64,000 bases of DNA from an uncultured Acidobacteriota bacterium (GTDB taxonomy: Bacteria; Acidobacteriota; Thermoanaerobaculia; Multivoradales; UBA5704), in assembly GCA_963770895.1 (NCBI GenBank), contig CAVYRF010000001.1, positions 2,048,001 through 2,112,000 on the forward strand, read 5' to 3'. A program made the position numbers and the translations under genes. This document shows, in pieces, positions 1-10,357 of the stretch. The notes under the pieces are model-generated. The model was not told where the DNA came from and ran no database searches. It saw nothing but the letters and a program-made list of their open reading frames with translations. The stretch's first letter is position 1; each line of letters begins with the position of its first letter.

Positions 1-122
1 TTTCAAAGCGGCTTGCTGGAGGGTTCCGCCAGCACCGCGCGGTTCTCGAGCACGGGACCAGCCTACGTCCGATTGGACTTGTCGCCCAGATCCATTTACG
101 ATATTTGCGCTAGACCACTTTC

Positions 123-1616
123 ATGCCCAGGCAGACCACCCAGCTGGCGCTCCTGCTGCCGCCCCGTCCGCCCGGCGCCGCGGCCGGACGCTGGCTCTAC
201 GACGCGCTGCGGGCGGCGATCCTGGAAGGGCGCCTGCGCCCGGGCGCGCGGCTGCCGGCAAGCCGCGACCTGGCGGCGCACCACGCCCTGTCGCGCGGCA
301 CGATCGTCACGGCGTTCGACCAGCTGAAGGCGGAGGGCTACCTGGAAGGGAAAACCGGGTCGGGCACCTACGTGACGCGCGTGCTGCCCGATGCCCTGCT
401 GGCGGTGGCAGGCCCCCAGCCGCGGCGCTTCGCGGCGGAACGACGCCTGCCGCGGCAGCTTTCGGACTACGGCCGCCGGGTGCAGGACTTCGGCAACCAC
501 CAGCCCGGCCCGGTGCGGGCCTTTCGCGCCAATCAACCCGCGCTCGACCTGTTTCCCACCACGCTGTGGGCGCAGGTGGCGGCGCGCCGCCTGCGGCGGG
601 CCTCGGCCAGCCTGCTGCTGAGCTGCGATTCGCTCGGCCATCGCCCGCTGCAGGAGCAGGTGGCGGACTACCTGACGACCTCCCGCGGCGTCCGCTGCGC
701 CGCCGAGCAGGTGGCGATCGTCTCCGGCACCCAGGAAGCCCTGGACCTGACGGCGCGCCTGCTGCTCAACCCCGGCGATCGCGTGGCGATCGAAAATCCC
801 GGCTACGTCGGCGCCACGCTGGTCTTCGAAGCCCTGGGCGCCACCATCGTGCCGCTGCCCCTGGACGACCAGGGCATGACCCTCCCCGGCCGCGAGCTGG
901 CCGGTGTGCGGCTGGTCTACGTCACCCCGGCGCACCAGTTCCCGGTCGGCGTCGGCATGAGCCTGGCCCGGCGCCTGGCCCTGCTCGACTGGGCGCGCCA
1001 GACCGGCGCGCTGATCTTCGAAGACGACTACGACAGCGAATACCGCTACGCCGGCCGCCCCCTGCCGGCCCTCCAGGGCCTGGACCGCCACGGCCAGGTG
1101 CTCTACGCCGGCAGCTTCAGCAAGGTGCTGTTCCCCTCCCTGCGCCTGGGCTACCTGGTCATCCCCGCCGATCTTCTCGACCGCTTCGCCGCCGCGCAGT
1201 CGGTCACCAACCGCCACGCCCCGCTGCTCGAGCAGGCCGTCCTGGCCGACTTCCTGGCCGCCGGCCACTTCGGCCGCCACGTCCGCCGCATGCGGGAGAT
1301 CTACGCCCAGCGCCTCGCCGTGCTGCTGGCCGGCGCCCGCCAGCACCTCGCCGGCCTGCTCGACATCTCGCCGGTCGAAGCGGGCCTGCAAACCGCCGGC
1401 TGGCTGTGCAACGGCCTGGACGGCGAAACCGCCGCCGCCGCCGCCGCCCGCCGCAACGTCCAGGTTCTGCCCCTGGGCCGCTACGGCTGGCACGGCGCCG
1501 CCGCCGCCGGCCTCCAGCTGGGCTTCGCCGCCGTCGACACCCAGGAGATCCGCCGCGGCGTCCGCGACCTGGCCGCCGCCCTGGAATCGGCAACCCCCGC
1601 CGCTCCCGATCGCTGA
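123..1616 (+). CDS. GntR/MocR-family transcriptional regulator (wHTH + PLP-dependent aminotransferase domain)
   Basis: N-terminal GntR HTH 'LYDALRAAILEGRLRPGARLPASRDLA...LSRGTIVTAFDQLKAEGYL'; AAT-I motifs 'VYVTPAHQFPVG', 'IFEDDYDSEYRY', 'GSFSKVLFPSLRLGY'. Confidence 0.95.
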   Translation: MPRQTTQLALLLPPRPPGAAAGRWLYDALRAAILEGRLRPGARLPASRDLAAHHALSRGTIVTAFDQLKAEGYLEGKTGSGTYVTRVLPDALLAVAGPQPRRFAAERRLPRQLSDYGRRVQDFGNHQPGPVRAFRANQPALDLFPTTLWAQVAARRLRRASASLLLSCDSLGHRPLQEQVADYLTTSRGVRCAAEQVAIVSGTQEALDLTARLLLNPGDRVAIENPGYVGATLVFEALGATIVPLPLDDQGMTLPGRELAGVRLVYVTPAHQFPVGVGMSLARRLALLDWARQTGALIFEDDYDSEYRYAGRPLPALQGLDRHGQVLYAGSFSKVLFPSLRLGYLVIPADLLDRFAAAQSVTNRHAPLLEQAVLADFLAAGHFGRHVRRMREIYAQRLAVLLAGARQHLAGLLDISPVEAGLQTAGWLCNGLDGETAAAAAARRNVQVLPLGRYGWHGAAAAGLQLGFAAVDTQEIRRGVRDLAAALESATPAAPDR

Positions 1617-1623
1617 GGCGGCT

Positions 1624-2205
1624 TCAAGGATGGATCTTGCCGCCCTCGGCCAGCATGGCGACGAACTTGGCGATGCGCTGCGCGCGGGTCGCGGGCCGCT
1701 TGGCTTCGTGGACGCGATAGAGGATCGCGTAGCGGTTGGCGCGGTCGAGCGTGGCAAAGAACTGCCGCGCGCGGTCGTTGGCGTCGAGCGCCTGCCGCAG
1801 GTCGTCGGGAACGTCCGCCGACGCCTGCCCCGCGTACGCCGCCTCCCAGCGGCCGTCCGCCTTGGCGCGCTCGATCTCGCGCATCCCCCCCGGCTGCATC
1901 TGGCCGTCGGCGATCAGCTCTTCCGCCCGCCGGCAGTTGCGCTGCGACCACTTGCCGCGCGGCAGCCGCGGCGTGAACCGCTGCAGCCAGAACTGCTCGT
2001 CCAGCTTGTCCTTCTGGCCGTCGATCCAGCCGAAGCACAGCGCCGCGTCCAGCGCCTCGGGATAGGTGACGCTCGCCACCCCCGACTCCTTCTTGGCGAT
2101 CTTGAGCCAGATCCCCCGCGCCTCCGCCCCCTGCGCCGCAAGCCACGTCTCCATCGCCCGCCGCGACGCGAACGCAACCACCGGCAGATCGCTCTTCTTG
2201 TCCAT
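1624..2205 (-). CDS. YdeI/OmpD-associated family protein
   Basis: 'YPEALDAALCFGWIDG...QRFTPR...KWSQRN' and C-terminal 'VPDDLRQAL...FFATL...RYAILYRVHEAKRPATRAQRI'. Confidence 0.9.
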   Translation of the reverse strand: MDKKSDLPVVAFASRRAMETWLAAQGAEARGIWLKIAKKESGVASVTYPEALDAALCFGWIDGQKDKLDEQFWLQRFTPRLPRGKWSQRNCRRAEELIADGQMQPGGMREIERAKADGRWEAAYAGQASADVPDDLRQALDANDRARQFFATLDRANRYAILYRVHEAKRPATRAQRIAKFVAMLAEGGKIHP

Positions 2206-2256
2206 GGTCCGGGAGGGGTGGGGGGGCAGATTCTTGGCGCCGGCGGGATCGATCCA

Positions 2257-2883
2257 TCAATCCTTGAGGAAGAAGGCCAGCTCTTCGAGGTTGATGCGCA
2301 GGTCGACGTTTTTGAGCGGCACGCCGCGCCGGGGCTTGACGCGCAGGGCGGCGAAGTTGAGGACGCCGCGCACGCCGGCGTCGGCCAGGGCGTCGTAGTA
2401 GTCCTGGGCGACCTGGTTGGGGACGGTGAGGACGCCGATCATTGCGCCGGTGTCGCGCACCACCTGGGCCAGCTCGCTGGCGGGGCGGACGGTGAAGTCG
2501 GCGACCCGGCTACCGATCTTGGCCGGATCGTTGTCGACGCCGGCGACGACGTGGAAGGCGCCGTGGTTGAAGCCCAGGTAGCGGGCCAGGGCGCTGCCCA
2601 GGTTGCCCATGCCGACGATCACCATCGGGTGTCTGCGGTCCAGTCCCAGCAGGGCGTCCAGGTGCTCGGCCAGCTCGTCGATGCGGTAGCCGACGCCGCG
2701 GATGCCGAACTCGCCGAACTGCGCCAGGTCCTTGCGGATCTGGGTGGCGGACAGGTGGTAGCGCTGCGCCATCTCCTGCGACGAGATGCGCGAAAAACCC
2801 AGCTCTTGCAGCTGGCGCAGACAGCGTAGATAGAACGACAGGCGATTGAGGGTGAGCGGGGAGATTTCCTCCTGCTGGCTCAC
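2257..2883 (-). CDS. rex: Redox-sensing transcriptional repressor Rex
   Basis: 3' part of ORF 2257..3987. 'RLSFYLRCL...ISSQEMA...QIRKDLAQFGEFGIRGVGY' (Rex wHTH) and Rossmann motif 'IVGMGNLGSAL'. GTG start at 2883 overlaps the nuoN stop (GTGA). Confidence 0.95.
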   Translation of the reverse strand: MSQQEEISPLTLNRLSFYLRCLRQLQELGFSRISSQEMAQRYHLSATQIRKDLAQFGEFGIRGVGYRIDELAEHLDALLGLDRRHPMVIVGMGNLGSALARYLGFNHGAFHVVAGVDNDPAKIGSRVADFTVRPASELAQVVRDTGAMIGVLTVPNQVAQDYYDALADAGVRGVLNFAALRVKPRRGVPLKNVDLRINLEELAFFLKD

Positions 2884-4343
2884 CTCACGCCGGTTGCCGC
2901 GATCAGCCATTGCAAGAGGTCCGAGGGCCACAGGCCAAGAACCAGGGTGGCCAATGCTGCGATCAGCACCGCGGCGCGGCCCCAGCCGTCGATCAGCAAG
3001 CCCTCGGGCTGACGCCGCTCGGCGCGCATGTAGAGCACGTAGACCACCCGCAGGTAGTAGAACACGCCCACCAGGCTGGCCAGCACGCCCAGCACGGCCA
3101 GGTGGACGTGGCCGGCGGCGACCGCCTGCTGGAACACCAGGTATTTGCCCAGGAAGCCCAGAGTCGGCGGAATGCCGCCGAGCGACAGCATGCAGATCGC
3201 CAGGCACCCGGCGATCAGCGGGTAGCGATAGCCCCAGCCGGCCAGCTCGTCGATCTCGTGGCGCGACCCCGGCCGGCTGTACAGCACGCTCACCGCGGCA
3301 AAGGCGCCGGCGTTCATCAGCACGTAGGCGAGCAGGTAGACCGCGACCGGCGCCAGGCTGGCGCGATCGAAGGTGACCAGGGCCAGCAGCAGGTACCCCA
3401 TGTGGGCGACGCCCGAATACGCCAGCATGCGCTTCAGGTCGGTCTGCGCCAGGGCCAGGAAGTTGCCCACCAGCATCGACAGCGCCGCCAGCACGCCGAC
3501 GACGTTTTCCCACCGCGACGCGGTGGCGCCCTGGGCGGCCAGCTGCAGCAGCCGGAAGAGCACCAGGGCGCTGGCCACCTTGGGTGCCACCGACAGGAAG
3601 GCGACAAAGGGCGACGGCGCCCCCTGGTAGGTGTCGGGGGACCAGGCGTGGAAGGGCGCCAGGCTCATCTTGAACCCGAAGCCGCACACCAGCAGCAGCA
3701 GCCCCAAGGTGGCGCCGACGGTGCCCTGGCCGGCGGTGAAGGCGCGCTCGATGACGTCCAGCCGCGTGCTGCCGGTGGCGCCGTAGAGGAGAGCGATGCC
3801 CAGCAGCACGAAGGCGCTGACGAAGGCGCCCATCAGGAAGTACTTGATCGCCGCTTCGACGGCGACGCTCACCCGCCGGTGATAGGCGGCCAGGGCGTAG
3901 AGGCTGAGCGACAGCAGCTCCAGCGACAGGAACAGGGTGAGCAGCTCGGTCGAGCGCAGCATGAGCAGCATGCCGGTGGCGCACCACAGCAGCAGCGCGT
4001 AGTACTCACCGCCCTGGATGCGCTCGCGCCGCAGGTAGTTGTCCGAGGCCAGCACGCACAGGCCGGTCGCCAGCAGCACCAGCAGCGAGAAGGCGAAGGT
4101 GATGCGGCTGGTCTCCAGCATGCCGTTGCAGCTCTTGAAGCTGGCGTTGGGATCGCCGGGGCCGCCCGCCAGCGTCAACCAGGCGCTGCACGCTCCCCAG
4201 CCGGCCAGCGCGGTCACCACCAGCGCCACCGCCGTCCAGGCCCGCCGCAGCCCCGGCGCCACCGCGTCGGCCAGCAGGATCAGCACGCCGCCGCCGCACA
4301 GGATCAGCTCGGGCAGCAGGCTTATCAGGTCGTTGCGGGTCAT
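2880..4343 (-). CDS. nuoN: NADH-quinone oxidoreductase subunit N
   Basis: 'EYYALLL', 'LELLSLSLY', 'EAAIKYFLMGA', 'FKMSLAPFHAWSPDTYQGAP', 'KRMLAYSGVAHMGY'. Confidence 0.96.
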   Translation of the reverse strand: MTRNDLISLLPELILCGGGVLILLADAVAPGLRRAWTAVALVVTALAGWGACSAWLTLAGGPGDPNASFKSCNGMLETSRITFAFSLLVLLATGLCVLASDNYLRRERIQGGEYYALLLWCATGMLLMLRSTELLTLFLSLELLSLSLYALAAYHRRVSVAVEAAIKYFLMGAFVSAFVLLGIALLYGATGSTRLDVIERAFTAGQGTVGATLGLLLLVCGFGFKMSLAPFHAWSPDTYQGAPSPFVAFLSVAPKVASALVLFRLLQLAAQGATASRWENVVGVLAALSMLVGNFLALAQTDLKRMLAYSGVAHMGYLLLALVTFDRASLAPVAVYLLAYVLMNAGAFAAVSVLYSRPGSRHEIDELAGWGYRYPLIAGCLAICMLSLGGIPPTLGFLGKYLVFQQAVAAGHVHLAVLGVLASLVGVFYYLRVVYVLYMRAERRQPEGLLIDGWGRAAVLIAALATLVLGLWPSDLLQWLIAATGVR

Positions 4344-6163
4344 CGCACCTCTCCCACGGCAAGAGTCTGCGCCGGTCTGCCGCCGCCGGCGCCGCCGCCG
4401 CCCCTGGCGCTCCCAGCCCCTCCGACCACCCCGGCGACCCCGGTAACCCCGGTGCTCATCGCGCCGTCAAGGCGCAGTGCAGCCAGGCGCGCGCCCGCGG
4501 CAGCCCGCGGCGAGCCGGCCGGCGGGAGCGCCATTGCGGCGGCCGCAGCCACCGCGGGCGTCGTCGGCAGGGGGGCATGCAGGCTGGGCAGCGTGCGCAG
4601 GCTGGCGGCGCGCACTTCTGGCCCGCTCAGCCGGTTCCGGTAGTCGGTCAGCGTCGCCGCCAGCGCCTGCTCGCTCGGCTTGAGGAAGGTGGCGGGGGCG
4701 ACGCCGATCCACAGCATCAGGATGCACAGCGGCAGCAGCGCCACGATCTCGCGCCCGGACAGGTCGGAGAGCGTGCGATTTTCGTCCTTGGTGAGCGGCC
4801 CCCAGACCAGGCTGCCGATGAGCTTGAGCAGGTAGATCGCCGCCAGCACGACGCCGAAGGTGGCGACCGCCGCCGGCCAGCCCAGCGCGCGGTAGCTGCC
4901 GGCCAGGATGAGGAATTCGCCGACGAAGCCGTTGAGCGCCGGCAGGCCCACCGACGCCAGCGACGAAAAGATCAGGAAGAAGGCAAACAGCGGCATCACC
5001 TTGGCCAGGCCGCCGAACTGGTCGAACGCCTTGGTGTGACGGCGGTCGTAGATCATGCCCACCAGCAGGAAGAGCGCGCCGGTCGACAGCCCATGGTTGA
5101 CCATCTGCAACAGCGCCCCCTGCCAGGCGATCATGTCGGCGGCCAGCAGCCCCAGCATGACGAAGCCCAGGTGGGCGATGGAGGAGTAGGCGACCAGCTT
5201 CTTGGCGTCGGCCTGCACCCACGACACCATCGCGCCGTACAGGATGCCCACCAGGGCGAACCCCAGCAGCAGCGGCGTCGCGGTGTGGCTGGCGCGCGGA
5301 AACAGCGGCATGGCGAAGCGCAGGTAGCCGTAGGTGCCCAGCTTGAGCAGGATGCCGGCGAGCAGCACCGAGCCGCCGGTCGGCGCCTCCACGTGGGCGT
5401 CCGGCAGCCAGGTATGGAACGGGAACATCGGCACCTTGATCAGGAACGCCAGGGCGAACGCCCCGAACAGCCACAGCTGGGCGTGCGCCGGCAGATCCAG
5501 GCGCAGCATGTCGGTGTAGGCGAAGCTCCAGACGCCGCCGCTCGCCGTCTTGTAGGTCCAGGCCAGCCACAGGATGGCGACCAGCATCAGCAGGCTGCCC
5601 GCCATGGTGAACAGGAAGAACTTGATCGCCGCGTAGATGCGCCGCTCGCCGCCCCAGATGCCGATGAGCAGGTACATCGGCACCAGCATCACTTCCCAGA
5701 AGACGTAGAACAGGAACAGGTCGAACGCCAGGAGCGTCCCCAGCACCCCCGTCGTCATCAGCAGGAGCGATGCGGCATAGGCGCCCCAGTGGCGATCGAT
5801 GCCGCGCCACGAACCGAGCACCACGATCGGCACCAGCAGCACCGCCAGCAGCACCAGCGGCATCGAGATGCCGTCCATGCGCAGGTCGTAGCGGATGCCG
5901 TAGCCGGCGATCCAGCTGCAGCGCGGATCGGCGAGGACCGCGAAGCTTCCTCCCGCCGCCAGCCGCCCGCCCACCAGCGCCACGGCCAGGGCCACCTCGA
6001 TCAGCGAGACGACCAGGGTATAGATCTTGACCACGCGCCAGGAGTCCGTCCCCGGCGCCGCGCTGCCGCGGCCCAGGAACAGCAGCGGGATGCAGGCGAC
6101 GGCGGGGAAGAACACCAGCCGGGTCAGCGTGTTGCCGAGCAGGAGATCGAGCATCGTTTGCAT
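4340..6163 (-). CDS. nuoM: NADH-quinone oxidoreductase subunit M, with Ala/Gly-rich C-terminal extension
   Basis: 'DLFLFYVFWEVMLVPMY', 'IKVPMFPFHTWLPDAHVEAPTGGS', 'KLGTYG', 'GLPALNGFVGEF'. Confidence 0.96.
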   Translation of the reverse strand: MQTMLDLLLGNTLTRLVFFPAVACIPLLFLGRGSAAPGTDSWRVVKIYTLVVSLIEVALAVALVGGRLAAGGSFAVLADPRCSWIAGYGIRYDLRMDGISMPLVLLAVLLVPIVVLGSWRGIDRHWGAYAASLLLMTTGVLGTLLAFDLFLFYVFWEVMLVPMYLLIGIWGGERRIYAAIKFFLFTMAGSLLMLVAILWLAWTYKTASGGVWSFAYTDMLRLDLPAHAQLWLFGAFALAFLIKVPMFPFHTWLPDAHVEAPTGGSVLLAGILLKLGTYGYLRFAMPLFPRASHTATPLLLGFALVGILYGAMVSWVQADAKKLVAYSSIAHLGFVMLGLLAADMIAWQGALLQMVNHGLSTGALFLLVGMIYDRRHTKAFDQFGGLAKVMPLFAFFLIFSSLASVGLPALNGFVGEFLILAGSYRALGWPAAVATFGVVLAAIYLLKLIGSLVWGPLTKDENRTLSDLSGREIVALLPLCILMLWIGVAPATFLKPSEQALAATLTDYRNRLSGPEVRAASLRTLPSLHAPLPTTPAVAAAAAMALPPAGSPRAAAGARLAALRLDGAMSTGVTGVAGVVGGAGSARGGGGAGGGRPAQTLAVGEVR

Positions 6164-6209
6164 GGCGCGTGGGTGGTCCTTGCGGAAAGTGGCGCTGGCG
6201 TGCCGAAAG

Positions 6210-8195
6210 CTAGCGCACGATCCACCAGAAGAGCACGATCACTCCGACGAAGAAGTAGAGCGCGTAGTTGCGGACGTTGCCGGTGGTCGACAGGCTGCCC
6301 AGGTCGCCGCTGGCGCGCGTCACCGCGGCGCCGGCGCGCACCGAGCCGTCGATGACCAGGGCGTCGACGACGCGATAGAACACCCACGACAGGCCGTACA
6401 GCGGCTTGACCACCAGGGCGTCGTAGATCTCGTCGACGTACCACTTGTTGGCGAGCAGCCGGTGGAGCGTCGGGAACCGCGCTTCGAAGCGGGCTCCCCG
6501 CTCGAAACCATTGGCGCCGCCGTCGCCGCCGTAGATCGACCGGGCCAGCAGGATGCCGCCGACGGCCAGGCCGACCGACAGCAGGATCAGCACCAGGTCG
6601 GTCGCCATGCCCATCTCGGGCTCGGCGGCGGTCACCGCCTCGCCGACGCGCGCCACGATCGGCGCCAGGAACTGGTGGAACCAGTCGGTGCCGCGCAGCA
6701 GCGGCAGCTCCACCCAGCCCGACACCACGGCGCCGACCGCCAGGATGACCAAAGGCACGGTCATCACCGGCGGCGATTCGTGCAGGTGGTGCTCCTGCTC
6801 GTGGGTGCCGCGGAAGGTGCCGTTGAAGGTCAGGTTGACGGCGCGGAACATGTAGAACGCCGTCAGGCCGGCGGTGATCCAGCCCACCCCCCAGAACAGC
6901 CAGTGCAGCGGCATGCCCGAGGCCGCCGCCGACGCCAGGATCTCGTCCTTGCTGAAGAAGCCGGCGAACACCGGGATGCCGGCCAGCGCCAGCGAACCGA
7001 TCACGAACGTGCGATAGGTGATCGGCATGTGTTTCTTGAGGCCGCCCATCTTCTGCATGTCCTGCTCGCCGCCCATGGCATGGATCACCGACCCGGACCC
7101 CAGGAAGAGCAGCGCCTTGAAGAAGGCGTGGGTCATGACGTGGAAGAGCGCCGCCGAAAAGGCGCCGACGCCCACCGCCAGGAACATGTAGCCCAGCTGC
7201 GACACCGTCGAGTAGGCGAGCACCTTCTTGATGTCGTTCTGCGCCATGCCGATGGTGGCGGCGAGCAGCGCCGTGGCGGTGCCGATGATCGCCACGAACA
7301 GCGACACGCCGGGCGCCAGCTGGAAGATGACGTTGGCGCGCACCGCCATGTAGACGCCGGCGGTGACCATCGTCGCGGCATGGATCAGCGCCGACACCGG
7401 CGTCGGGCCGGCCATCGCGTCAGGCAGCCAGACGTAGAGCGGGATCTGGGCGCTCTTGCCCATCGCCCCGACGAAGAAGCAGATGGCGACGAAGGCGGCG
7501 AACGACAGGCCGCCGGCGTAGGCCGCCGTGCCGATCGCGGGATCCGCCGCCAGGCGCGGGAAGATGCCGCTGAAGTCGAGCGTGCCGAAGCGCGAGATCA
7601 GCGCGAACATGCCGATGAGAAAGGCGAAGTCGCCCACCCGGTTGACGATGAACGCCTTCTTGCCGGCGTAGGGCGGGAACTCCTGGTCGTAATAGAAACC
7701 GATCAGCAGGTAGGAGCACAGCCCCACCCCTTCCCAGCCGACGAACATGACCAGGAAGTTGTTGCCCAGAACCAGCGTCAGCATCGCCGACATGAACAGG
7801 TTGAGGTAGCAGAAAAAGCGCGCGTAGCCTTCGTCGTGGCTCATGTAGCCGACGGAGTAGACGTGGATCAGGAAGCCGACGAAGGTGACGATTCCCAGCA
7901 TGACAGCCGACAGCGGATCGAGCAGGAACGCGACGTTGATCGCCAGGCCGCCGCCCCCCTGCGCCGCCGCGGTCGTCCACGCGTAGGCGATCTTTTCGAC
8001 CGCGTGCGGATACAGACCGCCGCCCAGGTACTGCCACAGGCAGGCCGCGGTGACCAGGAGCGATCCCAGCGGCGCGCCCAGCGCGATCGCCGTGATCAGC
8101 GTCCTGGGCTGCCCGCGCCGCGCCAGCAGGCCGTTGATCGCGGCGCCGGCGAAGGGCAGGAAGGGGATGAGCCAGAGATAGTCGAGTGCTTGCAT
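6210..8195 (-). CDS. nuoL: NADH-quinone oxidoreductase subunit L
   Basis: 'FVGWEGVGLCSYLLIGF', 'GKSAQIPLYVWLPDAMAGPTPVSALIHAATMVTAGVY', 'HAFFKALLFLGSGSVIH'. Confidence 0.97.
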   Translation of the reverse strand: MQALDYLWLIPFLPFAGAAINGLLARRGQPRTLITAIALGAPLGSLLVTAACLWQYLGGGLYPHAVEKIAYAWTTAAAQGGGGLAINVAFLLDPLSAVMLGIVTFVGFLIHVYSVGYMSHDEGYARFFCYLNLFMSAMLTLVLGNNFLVMFVGWEGVGLCSYLLIGFYYDQEFPPYAGKKAFIVNRVGDFAFLIGMFALISRFGTLDFSGIFPRLAADPAIGTAAYAGGLSFAAFVAICFFVGAMGKSAQIPLYVWLPDAMAGPTPVSALIHAATMVTAGVYMAVRANVIFQLAPGVSLFVAIIGTATALLAATIGMAQNDIKKVLAYSTVSQLGYMFLAVGVGAFSAALFHVMTHAFFKALLFLGSGSVIHAMGGEQDMQKMGGLKKHMPITYRTFVIGSLALAGIPVFAGFFSKDEILASAAASGMPLHWLFWGVGWITAGLTAFYMFRAVNLTFNGTFRGTHEQEHHLHESPPVMTVPLVILAVGAVVSGWVELPLLRGTDWFHQFLAPIVARVGEAVTAAEPEMGMATDLVLILLSVGLAVGGILLARSIYGGDGGANGFERGARFEARFPTLHRLLANKWYVDEIYDALVVKPLYGLSWVFYRVVDALVIDGSVRAGAAVTRASGDLGSLSTTGNVRNYALYFFVGVIVLFWWIVR

Positions 8196-8214
8196 GGTGG
8201 TCGGCGTCCAGGCG

Positions 8215-8544
8215 TCAGTGGCGCATCAAGTTGATGCGGTTGATGTCGATGGTGCGCCGCTGGCGGTAGACGGCGATGAAGAGCGCCAGGCCCACCGCGG
8301 CTTCGGCGGCGGCGACGGCCATGACGAAGAACACCAGGATCTGGCCGGTGCGCTGGTCGAGCTGCCGCGAGTAGGCGACGAGCGTCAGGTTGGCGGCGTT
8401 CAACATCAGCTCGATCGACAAAAAGATGCTGATGCCGTTGCGCCGGGTGAGCGCTCCGACGGTGCCGATGCCGAACAGGATCACGGCCAGCAGCAGGTAC
8501 CAGCTGACCGGCACCGGCATGAACAGCGGGCTGATCGGGCTCAT
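8215..8544 (-). CDS. nuoK: NADH-quinone oxidoreductase subunit K
   Basis: 'IELMLNAANL', 'GQILVFFVMAVAAAEAAVGLAL'. Confidence 0.96.
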   Translation of the reverse strand: MSPISPLFMPVPVSWYLLLAVILFGIGTVGALTRRNGISIFLSIELMLNAANLTLVAYSRQLDQRTGQILVFFVMAVAAAEAAVGLALFIAVYRQRRTIDINRINLMRH

Positions 8545-9236
8545 CGCGCGTCTCCCCTGGTGGCGCCGGTGGCGCCGGTTGCGCCCGTGGCGCCGCCGGC
8601 GACAAGGCCGCCGCGGACCATCGCCGGCGTCGCTCCACCCGCCGCCCGCTCGTCGTCTTCAGCCCAGGCGGCATGCGTCGCCGCGGCCTCTTCGGAGCTG
8701 GTCGCGTGCGGCGGGCCGGCGGCGGCGACCTCTTCGGTGGTGGCGCGGCGCGCCACCACGGTGGCGCCAATGACCGCGACCAGCAGCAGCAGGCCGACGA
8801 TCTCGAACGGCAGCAGGTAGGAAGCGAACATCTCCTGCGCCAGGCCGGCCAGCGACACCAGCTCTTCGGTGAGCGGCGGCGGCTTCACGCCGGCGCCCAG
8901 CCCCTGCCGCAGCAGCAGCACCAGCATGCCGGAAAACACCAGGGCGCCGACGATCGCCGTCACCAGCTGCATGCGATGGCCGCCCGGCAGCCCTTCCTCG
9001 CGGCCGACGTTGAGCAGCATGATGACGAACAGGAAGAGCACCAGGATCGCGCCGGCATAGATCAGCAGCTGCAGGGTGGCGATGAACGGCGCGCCCAGCA
9101 GGACGAACAGCACCGCCACCGAAAACAGCGTCAGCACCAGGCTGAGCGTCGAATAGATCGGGCTGTGGTGAGCGATCACCACCAGCGACGAGCCGATCGC
9201 CAGCAGCGCGAACAGGCCGAAGATCGCCATTTCCAT
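8541..9236 (-). CDS. nuoJ: NADH-quinone oxidoreductase subunit J
   Basis: 'QLLIYAGAILVLFLFVIMLL', 'YLLPFEIVGLLLLVAVIGA'. Start placed at ATG 9236, preceded by GGGAG. Confidence 0.93.
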   Translation of the reverse strand: MEMAIFGLFALLAIGSSLVVIAHHSPIYSTLSLVLTLFSVAVLFVLLGAPFIATLQLLIYAGAILVLFLFVIMLLNVGREEGLPGGHRMQLVTAIVGALVFSGMLVLLLRQGLGAGVKPPPLTEELVSLAGLAQEMFASYLLPFEIVGLLLLVAVIGATVVARRATTEEVAAAGPPHATSSEEAAATHAAWAEDDERAAGGATPAMVRGGLVAGGATGATGATGATRGDAR

Positions 9237-9285
9237 AGCTAGTGCATTCTCCCGTGTCCCCCGCGTGGTGCGCACCGCGGCACGC

Positions 9286-10305
9286 CTAAAGGACGCCCGC
9301 CAGCGTCAGCACGGCCATCAGCAGCAGGTTGAAGATCGCGAGCGGCAACAGCACTTTCCATCCCAGCCGCATGAGCTGGTCGTAGCGGAAGCGCGGGAAC
9401 GTCCAGCGCACCCAGACGAAGAAGGCGAGGAAGGCGCCGACCTTGGCGAACAGCACGGCGATGCCGACGGCGGCGCCGACGAAACCGTTCAGATCCAGCC
9501 ACGGCAGCCGCCAGCCGCCGAAGTAGAGCGTCACGCCGAGCGCCGACAGCGACGTCATGGCGATGTATTCCGACATGAAAAACGTCGCGAAGCGCATGGC
9601 GCTGTATTCGGTGTGGAACCCCGCCACCAGTTCCGACTCCGCTTCCGGCAGGTCGAACGGCAGGCGGTTGGTTTCGGCGAAGGCGGCGATCAGGAACACC
9701 AGGAAGCCCAGGATCTGCGGCACGAAGTTCCACACGTGGTGGCGCTGGTATTCGACGATGTCCGACAGCTGAAACGAGCCGACCGGCAGGATCACGGCGA
9801 GCACCGCCAGCGTCAGCGCCAGCTCGTAGCTGATCAGCTGCGACGAGGCGCGGATCGAACCGAGCAGCGAATATTTGTTGTTGGAGGCGTAGCCCGCCAT
9901 CACCAGCGAGTAGACGCCCAGGCTGGCCAGGGCCAGGAACAGCAGCACGCCGGTCTGCGCCGGCGCGATCACCATCTGGAACAGGCGCCCGCGGTACACC
10001 ACGTCGGGGCCGAAGGGGACGACGCAGAAGGTGGCGAGCGCCGGCAGCAGGCCCAGCACCGGCGCCATCAGGTAGAGCGGGCGATCCACCGAGGACGGCG
10101 TGACGTCCTCTTTGAACATGAACTTGACGGCGTCCGCCAGCGCCTGAAACAGGCCCAGCGGCCCCAGGCGATTGGGTCCTGGGCGGTCCTGCATCAGCGC
10201 GCTGCCGCGCCGTTCGACCCACACCATGACCGGCACGACGTTGAGCAGGATGCCCAGCGCCACCGCCAGCTTGACCGCCGTCCCGATCAGATCGGCCACC
10301 ATCAC
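9286..10305 (-). CDS. nuoH: NADH-quinone oxidoreductase subunit H
   Basis: 'ERR...QDRPGPNRLGPLGLFQALADAVKFMFKE', 'AETNRLPFDLPEAESELVAGFHTEYS', 'PRFRYDQLM'. Confidence 0.97.
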   Translation of the reverse strand: MMVADLIGTAVKLAVALGILLNVVPVMVWVERRGSALMQDRPGPNRLGPLGLFQALADAVKFMFKEDVTPSSVDRPLYLMAPVLGLLPALATFCVVPFGPDVVYRGRLFQMVIAPAQTGVLLFLALASLGVYSLVMAGYASNNKYSLLGSIRASSQLISYELALTLAVLAVILPVGSFQLSDIVEYQRHHVWNFVPQILGFLVFLIAAFAETNRLPFDLPEAESELVAGFHTEYSAMRFATFFMSEYIAMTSLSALGVTLYFGGWRLPWLDLNGFVGAAVGIAVLFAKVGAFLAFFVWVRWTFPRFRYDQLMRLGWKVLLPLAIFNLLLMAVLTLAGVL

Positions 10306-10357
10306 GCGAGTCCCCCGTTGCCCTTTCCGTCGATCCCGGCCGCGAACGCGAAGCCGC

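Noticed and set aside
70-140. Short AGA(T)CCA-like repeats upstream of the MocR regulator as operator sites
   Set aside because: Too short and degenerate to support without the divergent gene and orthologous sequences.
2884-3987. ORF-track N-terminal extensions of rex (likewise nuoF 13351-13716, der 16281-17009, helicase fusion 36750-37670, GrpE-like 62186-62704)
   Set aside because: They overlap upstream genes in another frame. The real starts coincide with stop/start overlaps and RBS-like sequences.
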